Assembly (NCBI RefSeq): GCF_036321535.1
Contig: NC_087446.1
Coordinates: 56,172,001-56,236,000, forward strand
DNA length: 64,000 nucleotides
Direction: 5' to 3'
Source: Camelus dromedarius
Lineage: Eukaryota
In this document: positions 53,100-64,000 of the stretch, one piece after another
How positions within the stretch are numbered: the first letter of the stretch is position 1
Layout of the letters: the number at the start of each line of letters is the position of its first letter
Position numbers and translations under genes: made by a program
The notes under the pieces: generated by a model
Database searches by the model: none
Told to the model about the DNA's origin: nothing
Seen by the model: only the letters and a program-made list of their open reading frames with translations

Positions 53100-54500
53100 G
53101 GGAGGCTATGAAGTCCAGGCCTAGCGCACTCCCCACTAACTTCACCAGGGGGCGCGGCGGTCCCGGCGACACAGTTACTGTGACCCACCGCCCCGCGGGC
53201 TCTGGACGCTTAGCGGACGGTCTTCACCCGGCCCCCCCCCTGCGACCTGAGCAGGAAACCGAGGCACAGCCCAAAACTTATAAAGTGGGCCCCCCACATT
53301 GGGAGGCGGGAGGCATCGCGGGCGCCTGGGTGCCTGGACCCCGGCCTGCCGCCCCTTCCCGGGAGCGCTGAAGCCCGGCTCCCCGTCCGGGGGCGGGTAA
53401 CCAGGCGAACATGGCCCGCCCATCGCTGTTTGTCCTGGCAGCGCGCCGCCGCTATTTGAGGCGGTTTTTATCTCCTAGAAACCAGCAAAACCCCAAGCGG
53501 AGTCTAGGGAAGATGAAAGGGGCCGAGGAGCCGGGGAGGGGAGGAACGCGAGGCTGCGGCGGGCGGGAGCTGGCACCGAACAGGCGGAGCCCGGGAGGCG
53601 AGAGGGCCAGGCCCTGGGGGGTCCCGAAGAGCCGGCCCCGCGGAGGGGGGCCGAGCTTGGGGGTCCACTTACGGCTGCCCCCTCTCGCGGCCCGGCTCCC
53701 AGGCGTCCCCCGCCCCTTCCCCACGGCTCTTCCGCCGCTGCCCCCAGCCCGCGCAAGAGTCCTCGGAACTCGAATTTCTTCAAAGCGCCTTTGAAGCCCC
53801 GCGCCCCGCCGGAGGGCAGGAGATTTCGCACCTGGACGGGGGCGGGGTAGGAAGGGGGACGGCCGCCCCATCCCACCGCGATCACCGCCTGGGACCCTCT
53901 GACCCCTCCCCCGCTCCATTGCCCAGCGCCTCTTCCGAGCCCGCGAGGGGCACCGGCGGACAGGGGCTCCGCCTGCAGTCGGGTCCTAGCTAGGCGAGCT
54001 GCCCGCGCGCCCCTCCGCGCGGCGGGGGAGCCCTGGGGGGCGGGGGCCGCACAAAGCCCTATTGTAGCTGGGGGCTGGTCGCCACAGAGTGGCTTTTGTT
54101 CCTCCGCTAACTCCATGGCCGGCACGACTGATTGCAGGCCCCAGGCCCGGGGCGGCTGACTTGCCAGGCGGGTCCGCCCGCGGGAGCCGCACCTCGCCCG
54201 GCCCGGGCCGCTCCGTGGTCCGCGCGGCGACAGCGGGGCCGGCGCTCTGCCCAGCCGCTGCCCCGGCCAGTTCTGCTGATGTCGAGCCCGAGAAAGAGCC
54301 GGGAAAGAAATCTCTCCACCTTCCCAACTCCGCAGAGAGCGCTGGGCGGTCACACACACACAAAAACAAAAAACAAAAAACTCCGCCGCGGGACCCGGCC
54401 GCCCGAAGTATTCTACCCCGGCCGTAACATGCAAACGGGCACGACACAATGCCCACGGGGACTCTCTGGTTTGCCAAGGAGAAATCCTGTGGCTCACACT
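53100..54500. promoter_or_regulatory. Intergenic CpG island between the AAAS 5' end and the SP7 3' end
   Basis: About 1.4 kb of very GC- and CpG-dense sequence with no recognisable protein-coding exon. Confidence 0.8.
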
Positions 54501-54551
54501 TCTTCCCCTCCTTCCTCTTTTCTCACCAAGACAACATTTAAAATCGAACTT

Positions 54552-54561
54552 TTATTTATTA
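54552..54561 (-). terminator. SP7 polyadenylation signals (overlapping double AATAAA on minus strand)
   Basis: Plus-strand TTTATTTATT at 54552-54561, about 1.6 kb beyond the SP7 stop codon. Confidence 0.7.
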
Positions 54562-56165
54562 AATTAAAAAAAAAAAAAGACTCCATGAGGGCGTGATCCC
54601 CCGTCCCTTCCACAATATTACCCTCTCCCCAAGCTCCAGCGGCTTTAACCCTTTAACTTGGGGACCTTGAGGGAGCAAGAGACAGAAAAGGAGGATCCAA
54701 AGTCACAGGAAAGGCATTCAAAGGCACGAAGCGGCTTTAAAAGTCACTGGAGGTGGAGTTGGGAGCATCGGAAGTCCCAGGTTGGGACACACCCCCAAGT
54801 CGGCTTAGGGACTTATGTCCTCCTAGCTCTATAAATTCTTCTTTCTCATGGTTTCTAGGCACCAACCTAACACAGCGCCTGGCACAGAGTAGACAATAAA
54901 TACTTGATTTCCTTGATCTGATCTCAGAGAAAGCCTTTCCCACCTATTCTTCAGGAGAGGCACCTCCAAACCAATGTCATCCTCCAGTTAGGTGGGCTTC
55001 CCCAAAGAGCATGTCTATGATGGCAGCTGCAAGCTCTCCATAACCATGGCAACAAAAGATTAACCTGATGGGGTCATAGTGTCAGGGGAGGGGCAGTGGA
55101 AGAACCTGCTCTGGGGTCAAGGGAGCTGGGGTACATTCCAGTCCTCCCCTCCATAGGACTTGAGGTTTCACAGCTTCTGGCCGGGGCTGGAAATATTAGG
55201 GATCGCCTAATTGTGAGATACCCCATCAACTCTTTAACAGAGATCTAGCTAATCAACCCTATTAGCAAAGATTCCATTAAGAGAAACCCCATTAACTGAG
55301 ACCCTGATGATAGAAATTCTATTAACAAGATCTCCACTATCACTTTTTTTAGACAGAGATGCATTTGGCTAAAATTTCCATAGCAGAAATGGACCCCCTT
55401 CCCTCCCCGGCTCACTCTAACCTGACCTGTCATCATAACTTAGATAAATAGAATTATTATTATTACTATTCATTTCTCTTGGAACATAAGGGTTAAATAT
55501 ACAGGCCTGGGGGCAGCCTTCCTGACCCTGGGGTCACCCCATCTTTGGGATCAGATCCCCACTGGTCTGCCTCCCTCTTGGCACCCTGCTCCCTGCCAGG
55601 TCACTAACCCCAATCCCCAAGCTCTAGTCCCTAAAGAAGAGGCCACCAGGGGGCAATAAATTATCATCATCTTCATCATCATTGTGTTTGTTTAAAAAAA
55701 AAAAACGCTCTAGAGCATAGAAGGCAGTGGACTGCAAAGTTGGGAAGACTGGAGCCTGGAAGCTAAGGGATAGTGGTAAATAAACTTAGGAAGCAGAAAG
55801 GATGCATGTCAAGTAGTTAGTGAGATGGAGAAATAATGTGTTGGGAGCCCAAATGGAGGGAAAGTGAGTTGGTGTGGAACAGAGGAGAGAGAATCTGAGC
55901 CTTGGGGAGGAAAGAATTTAAGAAGCCTGAGTGCAGAAATCAGGCACGAGGTGAAGGCCTGAGATGGGAGTTTGCGGAAGGGGCTCATGGCAAGGGGAGG
56001 AATTGAGCTGAGGAGGCGTGCAGGGAGATACCCAGGCCCAGAATGGCAGGGGCAAGAGATGGAGAGGGTCCCAAAGGGCAGCATGCACGGGGCAAAGGGA
56101 ATGAGGGGCAAGCAGTGGTCCACAGAGCCAGGAAAGGCTGGCAAGGCAGCCGAGGGGCTGGAGAC

Positions 56166-57440
56166 TCAGATCTCCAGCAGGTTGCTCTGCTCTGGGCTGC
56201 CTTCGGGGGCTTTCTCCGGGGGTGCCGGCGAGGCCGAAGGTCGGGGCGGCTGACTGGCCTCCTCTTCCCCCGCGCTGCGGCCCTCCCCCAGCTCCTTGGG
56301 GCCGCTGGGAGGGGGGCCTGGGCCTGGCTCGCCATGGGTGCGCTGGTGTTTGCTCAGGTGGTCGCTGCGGGTAAAGCGCTTGGAGCAGAGCAGGCAGGTG
56401 AACTTCTTCTCCCGGGTGTGAGTGCGCACGTGGCGCTCCAGCTCGTCCGAACGGGTGAACCTCTTGCCGCAGAAGAGCCAGTTGCAGACGAAGGGCCTCT
56501 CGCCCGTGTGCCAGCGCAAGTGGGCCTTCAGGTGGGAGGCCTTGCCGTACACTTTGCCGCAGCCGGGGATGTGGCAGCTGTGGATGGGCTTCTTCCGCAG
56601 CCCGGCTGCTGCTGCCCCCAGGCGCTCCAGCTCCTGGCAGTTGGGGCAGTCGCAGGAAGAGCGCCCTGCTCCACTGCCCCCGTATCCAGCACTGCCTCCT
56701 GTGCCTGCACCTCGAGGGGTTTTGGCTCCAGCACTCCCCTCCAGCTGCCCGCTGTTGCCCACAGCCTTGGGCTTATAGACATCTTGGGGCAAGACATGCT
56801 GGGGCCCTGGTTGCAGGAGGTGGGGAGCTGGATAGGGGGCTGGATTCAGGGGGGCAAAGTCGGACGGGTAGGTGGGCAGCTGGGGGTTCAGTGGAGGCTG
56901 AGCAGGGCCCGTGGGCAGTGTCCCTTGCAGCCCATCACCCTGGCCCTGCCCACCACCTAGCCAGTTGCCCCCTGGGTGCATGTCCCACCAAGGTGTGGGG
57001 GCATTGCCCGGGCCCGGTGAGATGCCCGNNNNNNNNNNNNNNNNNNNNNNNNNNNNNNNNNNNNNNNNNNNNNNNNNNNNNNNNNNNNNNNNNNNNNNNN
57101 NNNNNNNNNNNNNNNNNNNNNNNNNNNNNNNNNNNNNNNNNNNNNNNNNNNNNNNNNNNNNNNNNNNNNNNNNNNNNNNNNNNNNNNNNNNNNNNNNNNN
57201 NNNNNNNNNNNNNNNNNNNNNNNNNNNNNNNNNNNNNNNNAGTCCATTGGTGCTTGAAAAGGGGGCTGGGTAGGCATCCCCCATGGCTTTGGGGACCGAA
57301 AGGTCACTNNNNNNNNNNNNNNNNNNNNNNNNNNNNNNNNNNNNNNNNNNNNNNNNNNNNNNNNNNNNNNNNNNNNNNNNNNNNNNNNNNNNNNNNNNNN
57401 NNNNNNNNNNNNNNNNNNNNNNNNNNNNNNNNNNNNNNNN
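56166..57440 (-). CDS. SP7: Transcription factor Sp7 (Osterix), main coding exon, partly N-masked
   Basis: Three C2H2 fingers of Sp/KLF type ([65 protein letters not shown]), buttonhead box CDCPNC, C-terminus SNLLEI. The acceptor gtctccacag abuts position 57440. The exon is 425 codons; with the expected 7-codon start exon this gives 431 aa. The start exon is not visible and is probably inside N block 62118-62292. Confidence 0.96.
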   Translation of the reverse strand, partial: XXXXXXXXXXXXXXXXXXXXXXXXXXXXXXXXXXXXXXXXXXXXSDLSVPKAMGDAYPAPFSSTNGXXXXXXXXXXXXXXXXXXXXXXXXXXXXXXXXXXXXXXXXXXXXXXXXXXXXXXXXXXXXXXXXXXXXXXXXGISPGPGNAPTPWWDMHPGGNWLGGGQGQGDGLQGTLPTGPAQPPLNPQLPTYPSDFAPLNPAPYPAPHLLQPGPQHVLPQDVYKPKAVGNSGQLEGSAGAKTPRGAGTGGSAGYGGSGAGRSSCDCPNCQELERLGAAAAGLRKKPIHSCHIPGCGKVYGKASHLKAHLRWHTGERPFVCNWLFCGKRFTRSDELERHVRTHTREKKFTCLLCSKRFTRSDHLSKHQRTHGEPGPGPPPSGPKELGEGRSAGEEEASQPPRPSASPAPPEKAPEGSPEQSNLLEI

Positions 57441-60400
57441 CTGTGGAGACAGGGAAGCATTGCTTAGAGGGAGAAGAGGAGACACACAGGACTGTGACCC
57501 AGAGACCTGGAGAACTGAACAAAGGGGTCAAGGGAGAGTTGAAGAGGATGGGGAATTGAGGGGTGGGGGAGGGGCAGTGAGGACTGGGACCCAGGGCAGA
57601 GCTTGGGCAGAGCTCAGGCAGAGTCTGGAAAAAGAGCAGAGGACTAGGACTGCAGACTAACCCCCAACCCAGGAGCAGGAAATAGAGCTCACTGTGGCGC
57701 TGGGGGTGTGCAAAGGCCTCCGAGAAACAGGAGATGCTTCTTAAATGGCTGTGAGAAGAGCTGGGGTTAGAGGCAGCACCTGGGTGTGGTGAAAATTAGG
57801 GATCCTGACCCCTGGAAGTGGGTTTGGAACAGAGGCCATGGTCAGGGACTTGGAGAGGAAAGATGATGTTGAAAGAGCCGTGTGGGGAGAAGGCCAAGTC
57901 TTAGGGGACTGTAGTTGCTCCCATTCTAGATTTTTCCCAGCTTTATCCCTATTCACTTCCTGTCTCTACTTCATCTCTTGACTAAGGCAGTGGCCTGGTC
58001 TCCCTCAAGCCGTGTCCTCATGTCCCTGGTAAGGAATCTCTTGGCAGGCACTCTGGGACTGGGGAGCAAGAGGAAGAGACGGCGGAGACACTGGGACATT
58101 GAGAGGGAACAGGGCTGCCGCCAGCCAGGACTGTGGCTGAGGGAAGAATGTCTTTCAAGCGGGCATTGGGCACCTCCTGCTTTGTGGAGCCAACTGGTAC
58201 CCCTTTGGGAGAGCTAGGAGAGCCGGAAGCCCTCACGCCCGCCCAGGGCAGGGAATTGGGGTGGCTAAGACACTGGCTCACAGCCACACCGCTCCATGCC
58301 TCAGGGTCCCCTAATGTGTAGAGATCACTCAACTGGTCTCTCTGCACCCCTCCAGCACAGTGAGTGAAGGAAGATATGTCGATGCGGGGCCTGAGGTCTT
58401 TTAGAAACCCAAATTGCCCCTCATGCCCATCATGCTGCTGCTACCAGGCCAAACCACCCTGAGATCACCATCCCTCAGGAGCCCACGTTACCCCTTCCTG
58501 AGTCAGTCTCGGGACACCCCAGAACGAGATGCCCTTCAGGATCCATGGTTGCCATAGACAGGCATCCATTGCTGAGAATCCCACCAAAAAAGATAATTGC
58601 AAAAGCTGATCCTGTGCATTTCCTTGACTGAGGTCCTCAAAAAAACAAGTATCTGGTGCCTTCCTGGTAAAGCTGAAAAAGAACCCAAGAATCCAGGGTT
58701 CGCAGACCTGCCCGCCAGCTCCTAGCATGCGGTATGTGCGGTGTGTGTCTGTGACACCAATCCGAGAGGAAGGGCTGGAGTCTAAAGGTTGGGGTGAGGG
58801 ATGTGTGCAGTCACCAGTCCTGTACTACTCCCCAAATGCAAACCTGCTGCTCCTTCTGCCCAGTTACCTCTCTCTGAGGTCCTGTTGACCTCATGGACTC
58901 TCAAATTTGAGCCACCAAAAGCTTTCTCAAATCTGGCCATGGCAAAAGCCCTGGGTCCTTCCCAGCCAGGGTTTCCCCGGAGTCTCTCACCTCCCAAGCA
59001 GAGGGTGGGTGAGGCAGGGTAGCTGATGGGGCAGGAGGCAAACCCTAGCAGAAAGGCAAGGTAGAAACATGGGGTGCAAAGGAGAGAGGCAGAGACCCAG
59101 AGACTTCATCAGAGCAGAGGACCCTGTAGGGTGAGGACCTGACATAAAAGCCCCCAGGGACAGGAAAGAGAGGACAGAGGGGGAACTGGCCCAAAGAGGC
59201 CGAAAGGAGCAGGGACCCAGAAGAGGAGAAAGGGAAAATGACAAAAAGGAGCGAGAGAGAGGAAAGCAAAATAAACAAAGAAAGAGAAGGATGGAAAGAG
59301 ACTGGGCAAGGCAGGCAGAGGAAAACAGAGAAAAAGAAAGGAGGGGAAAATAGAAAAGGGGGAGGGGGAGGAGGAAGGCAGATTTCCTACCTAAGAGAAA
59401 ACCCTCACGGTGCTGGGCCCCAGAAAACCCCCAGACCAGGCCACTCCTCCCTCCTTCTCCCCCTGACCACCCCCTCCCCCTCTGCCTGCCCGCCGGCTCC
59501 GTTGGTTTCCCTGCGGTCGGTTTATTTTTAAAAACGCCGACGCCGTCCCCCCGCCCGGCCCTCACACTGTGGCCACAGGGGCCTCAGCCAAGCCCAGGGA
59601 CCCCACCCAGCCGTGGGGAGGGAAGGAGGGGTGAAAGAAGGCAAGCAGCCCCAGACCAACAGGAGACCCCAGTCCTGCGGAGCAGAGGCCCCCAGGGCCC
59701 CTGAGGGCAGCAGAGGTGGAGCAAGGCACCAAACCCACTCAGAAGGTTCTGGAGGCCAAGAGCTGGGCAACCCAGCTAGGTTTCACCACAGCCTCAGTTT
59801 CCTTCTCTTGCTGCTTGGGCTTTCCTGAGAACTTGGGACAGGGTCCTGGCTAAGGGTTCTAAATACGTGTCGCCATACCTCATCAAATGTATTACTTTTC
59901 CCCGGGCCCAGGAGCCCACCTTCAAGTTGTTTTTCCTCCTACTTCCGCCCGCCATCCATTAAAAGCAACAGCAAAACATGCTTTAAGTGTGGAAGGGGGA
60001 ATCTCTGGAGAAGGGACAAGATAAGGAGCTGTCCCAGCTCTCCCGCCCTGACAGGAGCCCCATCTTTCCGCTGCCCCTGCACTGGAATGCTCACTGGACA
60101 TCTGAGGGCTGAGTGGCCGTAGGTTCTGGGCACCCAAGGTTTCTAGCTCTCCACTTTCAGCTTAGTTTCCCCACTTCCAAGTCTCCATCATCCCCATCTC
60201 TCCCCCATCCCCATCTCTCCCTCCTCCTTGCTCCCCTGCATCTCACTCAGCCCAGGTGACCCTCCAGAAAGCGTCCCTCTCTGAAACCCCAGGTTCCTCC
60301 CACCGCCAAAGAGGACTTCCTGGTGGGGGGGGGGTGCAGGGAAGAAGAAGGTTGAGGGCACAGGTGCCCAAAAGATCAGCGAAAGAGACAGAGGGACTGA

Positions 60401-62653
60401 AAGCCTTGGCGTGGGGGCATCTCCAGCTCATGGGGAGTGAGGGACATGAAAGTCCAGTTTCCACGACACACGCCTCTTGCCAAGTGCTACCCCAATCCCG
60501 TTTCTTTCCAGCAGGCCTCTGGCCCAGCCCCTCCCGCAGGCACCAGTGCCACGCTGGCAACCCTGGCATGAAGTCCATGCCCACTGACACTGCCCTGGCC
60601 TTGGGTGGATGGACCCAGGATTTCCATGCACCTTAGTCCTCCAGCTTCCTCAAGACCAACCACAGTGTGTCGATGCTGGCTCAAGAGAAAGTCTCTTGGG
60701 GAGATGGCGGGGTGAGCAGTCTGCCCTGGTTGCAGCAGGGGGTGGAGCATAACACCTGGGGACCCCCGGCTGGGTCATGGTGTCCACCCCCTTGGCTTGC
60801 ATGCCATTCTCTCCAACTCAGTCACAAACTCACTATCTCCAAGCCTTACACATACACCATTCATCACTTGGGCTAACAGGGACTCAGAGGACCCAGCTTA
60901 TACACACACACCTGTGCTCTCACGAAGCCAGCCAGGCGGGCAGGTGTGCTGCTTGACATTCTGACACTTACACGCAGGCCAGTGAACACAGGTATTAAGA
61001 GACTCCGGCTCCACCTCACACACACCTCTCCTGCAGGCTGAATGAGTCGGCTTTCGGTTTGGCCCATCACCCCTGGGACCTGAGCTAGTGCACTGTGACC
61101 AGGGATAGGGCCTTCAGAGGAGCCCAAGAATATGGAAGGTTCAAGGCTATTGATGGGAGTTGATCTTAAGGGAGAGCTCTCTGGTCCCAGATTCCTGCAG
61201 AGGGACCAGAAAGCCAGACAGAGGGTGACAGAGACAGAGTCAGAGACCCAGAAGCAAGAACTCAGAATATTTGAACAGGCTCTGAGTGGCTGTGAGTCCC
61301 CCAGAAGCCCTGACAGAGTCAGTGATTTCTCAAGCCCCCAATCCCTGACCCCCATGGTACCCTAGTTCCCTCCATNNNNNNNNNNNNNNNNNNNNNNNNN
61401 NNNNNNNNNNNNNNNNNNNNNNNNNNNNNNNNNNNNNNNNNNNNNNNNNNNNNNNNNNNNNNNNNNNNNNNNNNNNNNNNNNNNNNNNNNNNNNNNNNNN
61501 NNNNNNNGCAGGCGGCCTCAGACCCTGGCCCTCCTCCTTGGTTGCCTCTCAGGCCTGGGCCCAGTTCCTCTGGCCAGCCCCCCCACATGCACGGACTGCC
61601 CTCTCTCTCCTCTCATTGCCCACCTCCTCTCCTACACACACCAGCCCAGAGGCCCAGCCCCCTCCCCACCTAAAAACCAGACAAGCCCCTGCTTAGGCTA
61701 AGAGTCCTGGGAGCCAGGACCCCCAAGGGACCATGGACTCAGTGCTACTCTGTGCCCACTCAGCCAGCCCTCTGGCTTTCTTTCTCTCCCACTGTCTGCT
61801 GCCAGCTTATCCATCTCCCACTCCTCACTTCCCCCTCCTCTCCCTCCTTTCTCCATCCTTTTCCCACTCCTCGGAGTTGTTGGGCTTGCCTGACCTTAGG
61901 GGTCCACGCCTTCTCCTAACCTAATCCCCTCTCATCCTCTCCTGACTGCTCTCTGACCCCTGGCCCTGCTCTCCCCTCCCCTTTCTCCTACCCACTGCTC
62001 CTCGCTCCTCTGACCCCTGGAAGTGACAAGCACCACGGCAACTGTCTGTGTGAGTTGGGAGGTGGGAGGTGGACAGGGATGCAGACCATCAAGATCCGAT
62101 CGTGGCTGGTGTCCTCGNNNNNNNNNNNNNNNNNNNNNNNNNNNNNNNNNNNNNNNNNNNNNNNNNNNNNNNNNNNNNNNNNNNNNNNNNNNNNNNNNNN
62201 NNNNNNNNNNNNNNNNNNNNNNNNNNNNNNNNNNNNNNNNNNNNNNNNNNNNNNNNNNNNNNNNNNNNNNNNNNNNNNNNNNNNNNNNNNNNGGGGGGTG
62301 GGGGGGGCTGCTCTCTGTCTGTAGGGATCCACCCTCTAATTACAGCTTTCCCAGTGGAGAAGGCTCCGGATCCAATGAGCAGGGCGAGAGAGGGAGGCAG
62401 AGGGTCCAAATTTCCTGCTCCATTTGCTGAGCTCCCCAAAGAAGGGATCTGGGCGGGAGAGGAGAAAAAGGGCTCCCCGGGATGGGGTGGAAGCAGGAGA
62501 GGGTAGGGACAGGGCAAGTTGGCAGAGCATGCTGGGGGGCGCTGAGGGGAAGGGCTGAGGGCACGTGGGCCCAGGTGTCCCACACCCTGCCCCCAGCAGT
62601 CCCATAGGCATCTGTGGGAACCCCTCCCAGACAGAGCTTCCAGTGTCCTGTAC

Positions 62654-62885
62654 CTGGGGGATCTGGGGCTGGGTGTCCTGGGTCTCTCCTCTCTGGAGGT
62701 CTGGCACTGAGAGTGCTGGCAAGGGGTGGCCTGAGGGTCCCGGGAGGGCTCCGCTGCTCTCCTGGGCCAGCTCCACTCCTGTTCCCACTCAGGCTCTGAT
62801 CCTATAGTCCTACTCCAGAGCCCTCCCTGGCTGCCGGGCAGCGGCGGCGGCTGCTGCTTCTGCTGCTGCTGCTCCTGCTCCCGCT
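62654..62885 (-). other. SP7: Probable SP7 non-coding first exon (5' part hidden by N block 62886-63017)
   Basis: Minus-strand donor CCCCCAG|GTACAG at 62654/62653 and a GC-rich CAG/CCG repeat. Spacing to N block 62118-62292 fits a short first intron. Inference from recalled orthologue structure. Confidence 0.5.
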
Positions 62886-64000
62886 NNNNNNNNNNNNNNN
62901 NNNNNNNNNNNNNNNNNNNNNNNNNNNNNNNNNNNNNNNNNNNNNNNNNNNNNNNNNNNNNNNNNNNNNNNNNNNNNNNNNNNNNNNNNNNNNNNNNNNN
63001 NNNNNNNNNNNNNNNNNACACTCATGGACAAACACAGGATGATACATGCACACGTACACATGTACAGTGCTCCCCACAGGGGCACAGCCGCTGTCATGAA
63101 TGAACAGAGATGGACTCACACACAAATGAACACAGTGACATGGCCGGAGGCACACACACCACACACACACCAGAGCTGACCACAGAGATGCTTGCTTCCC
63201 CAGTCACCCACCTCCAGGTCAGGAGCGTGGTGTGTGTTGTAAAAGCCAGGAAGGGGAGTGTGCTCTGGGGTGGAGGCTTTTGCTGCTCAACCTTTCAGGG
63301 TCACTGAGGCAGGTTCCAGAGTAAGGCCTGGAGGAAGGGGCGGAGAAGTGGGGGAGGCTTGGCACAGGCTCGGGGCTCCCCAGTCTTCCTCCCAATGCCT
63401 CAGTTTCACTCCTAGGAAGTGACACTTAGGCCTACCTCACTTTGTGGGGCAGAAGCTAGATCTTCTGGTTCCGAGAAAATCTAAGGCAGGCAGGAGGGAG
63501 GGTGGGGGCAGAAGGTCATTGGGTCAACTCATCCATGCCTGAGCCTAGCCTCTTTGGATTAACCCTCCCAAAAAGATAGGCCCTCGCCTCCATCATTCCT
63601 TGCCAGTTACCACCCCCTAGGACCTTCTTGGCCACACATTAAATCTCCATCCTTTGATGGCCAGTTCTTCTCATGAGTGATCATGCTTTCCTGGGAGGGA
63701 GGGCCGGATTCCCTTTCTTAGTGTCATGCATCATTCCCTCTGCAGCAGGAAGAATTGAAGTTAGAGCTGAGGTAGGACTTCCCAACTTTGAGGAGAGAGA
63801 AATCAGGGAAGAGGAGAAAGAAAGTCAACTAGTTTTAAGAGGGAAATCCCAAAAGTCTATTAACTGAAACCTGGGCCTTGAGGTAAGTTTACAGGAGAGA
63901 GAGGACTGGGCAGCCAAGTGGTAGAACCTGCATCTCCCCCATGGAGGGGCCCAGCCAGCTGGGGTTGTTTTGCAAGTTATTCCCCAACACACCCCTTTCC

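Noticed and set aside
53475-54497. 340-aa minus-strand ORF and several overlapping 110-160 aa ORFs in the CpG island
   Set aside because: Gly/Pro/Arg/Ala-rich with no recognisable domain. Long ORFs are expected by chance where stop codons are depleted at very high GC content.
56043-56960. 305-aa plus-strand ORF
   Set aside because: Antisense shadow of the SP7 zinc-finger exon; no independent evidence of coding.

Overview
Mammalian genomic DNA, most likely a camelid given its tRNA-Ala(AGC)-derived SINEs. It covers the conserved cluster MFSD5(+), ESPL1(+), PFDN5(+), MYG1(+), AAAS(-), SP7(-). I rebuilt the exon chains by hand from GT/AG boundaries and phase continuity. MFSD5 (450 aa), ESPL1 (30 coding exons, 2104 aa), PFDN5 (6 exons, 154 aa, one minor-spliceosome intron) and AAAS (16 exons, 547 aa) are complete. 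MYG1 lacks a visible exon 3 and SP7 lacks its visible start exon; both most likely lie inside N blocks, which appear to be length-preserving. The rest is SINE, L1, L2, MIR and DNA-transposon debris plus CpG-island promoters. I found no evidence of a new multi-gene system. The best leads are regulatory or splicing-related: a divergent CTCF cluster and an orphan CpG island with two SOXE-type dimer sites between AAAS and the SP7 3' end, an unexplained CpG-rich exon-like segment in a MYG1 intron, a CLEAR palindrome and overlapping uORF at MFSD5, and convergent MYG1/AAAS stop codons that both sit inside AATAAA. Orthologue comparisons are from memory of the human/mouse proteins, not from a database search.
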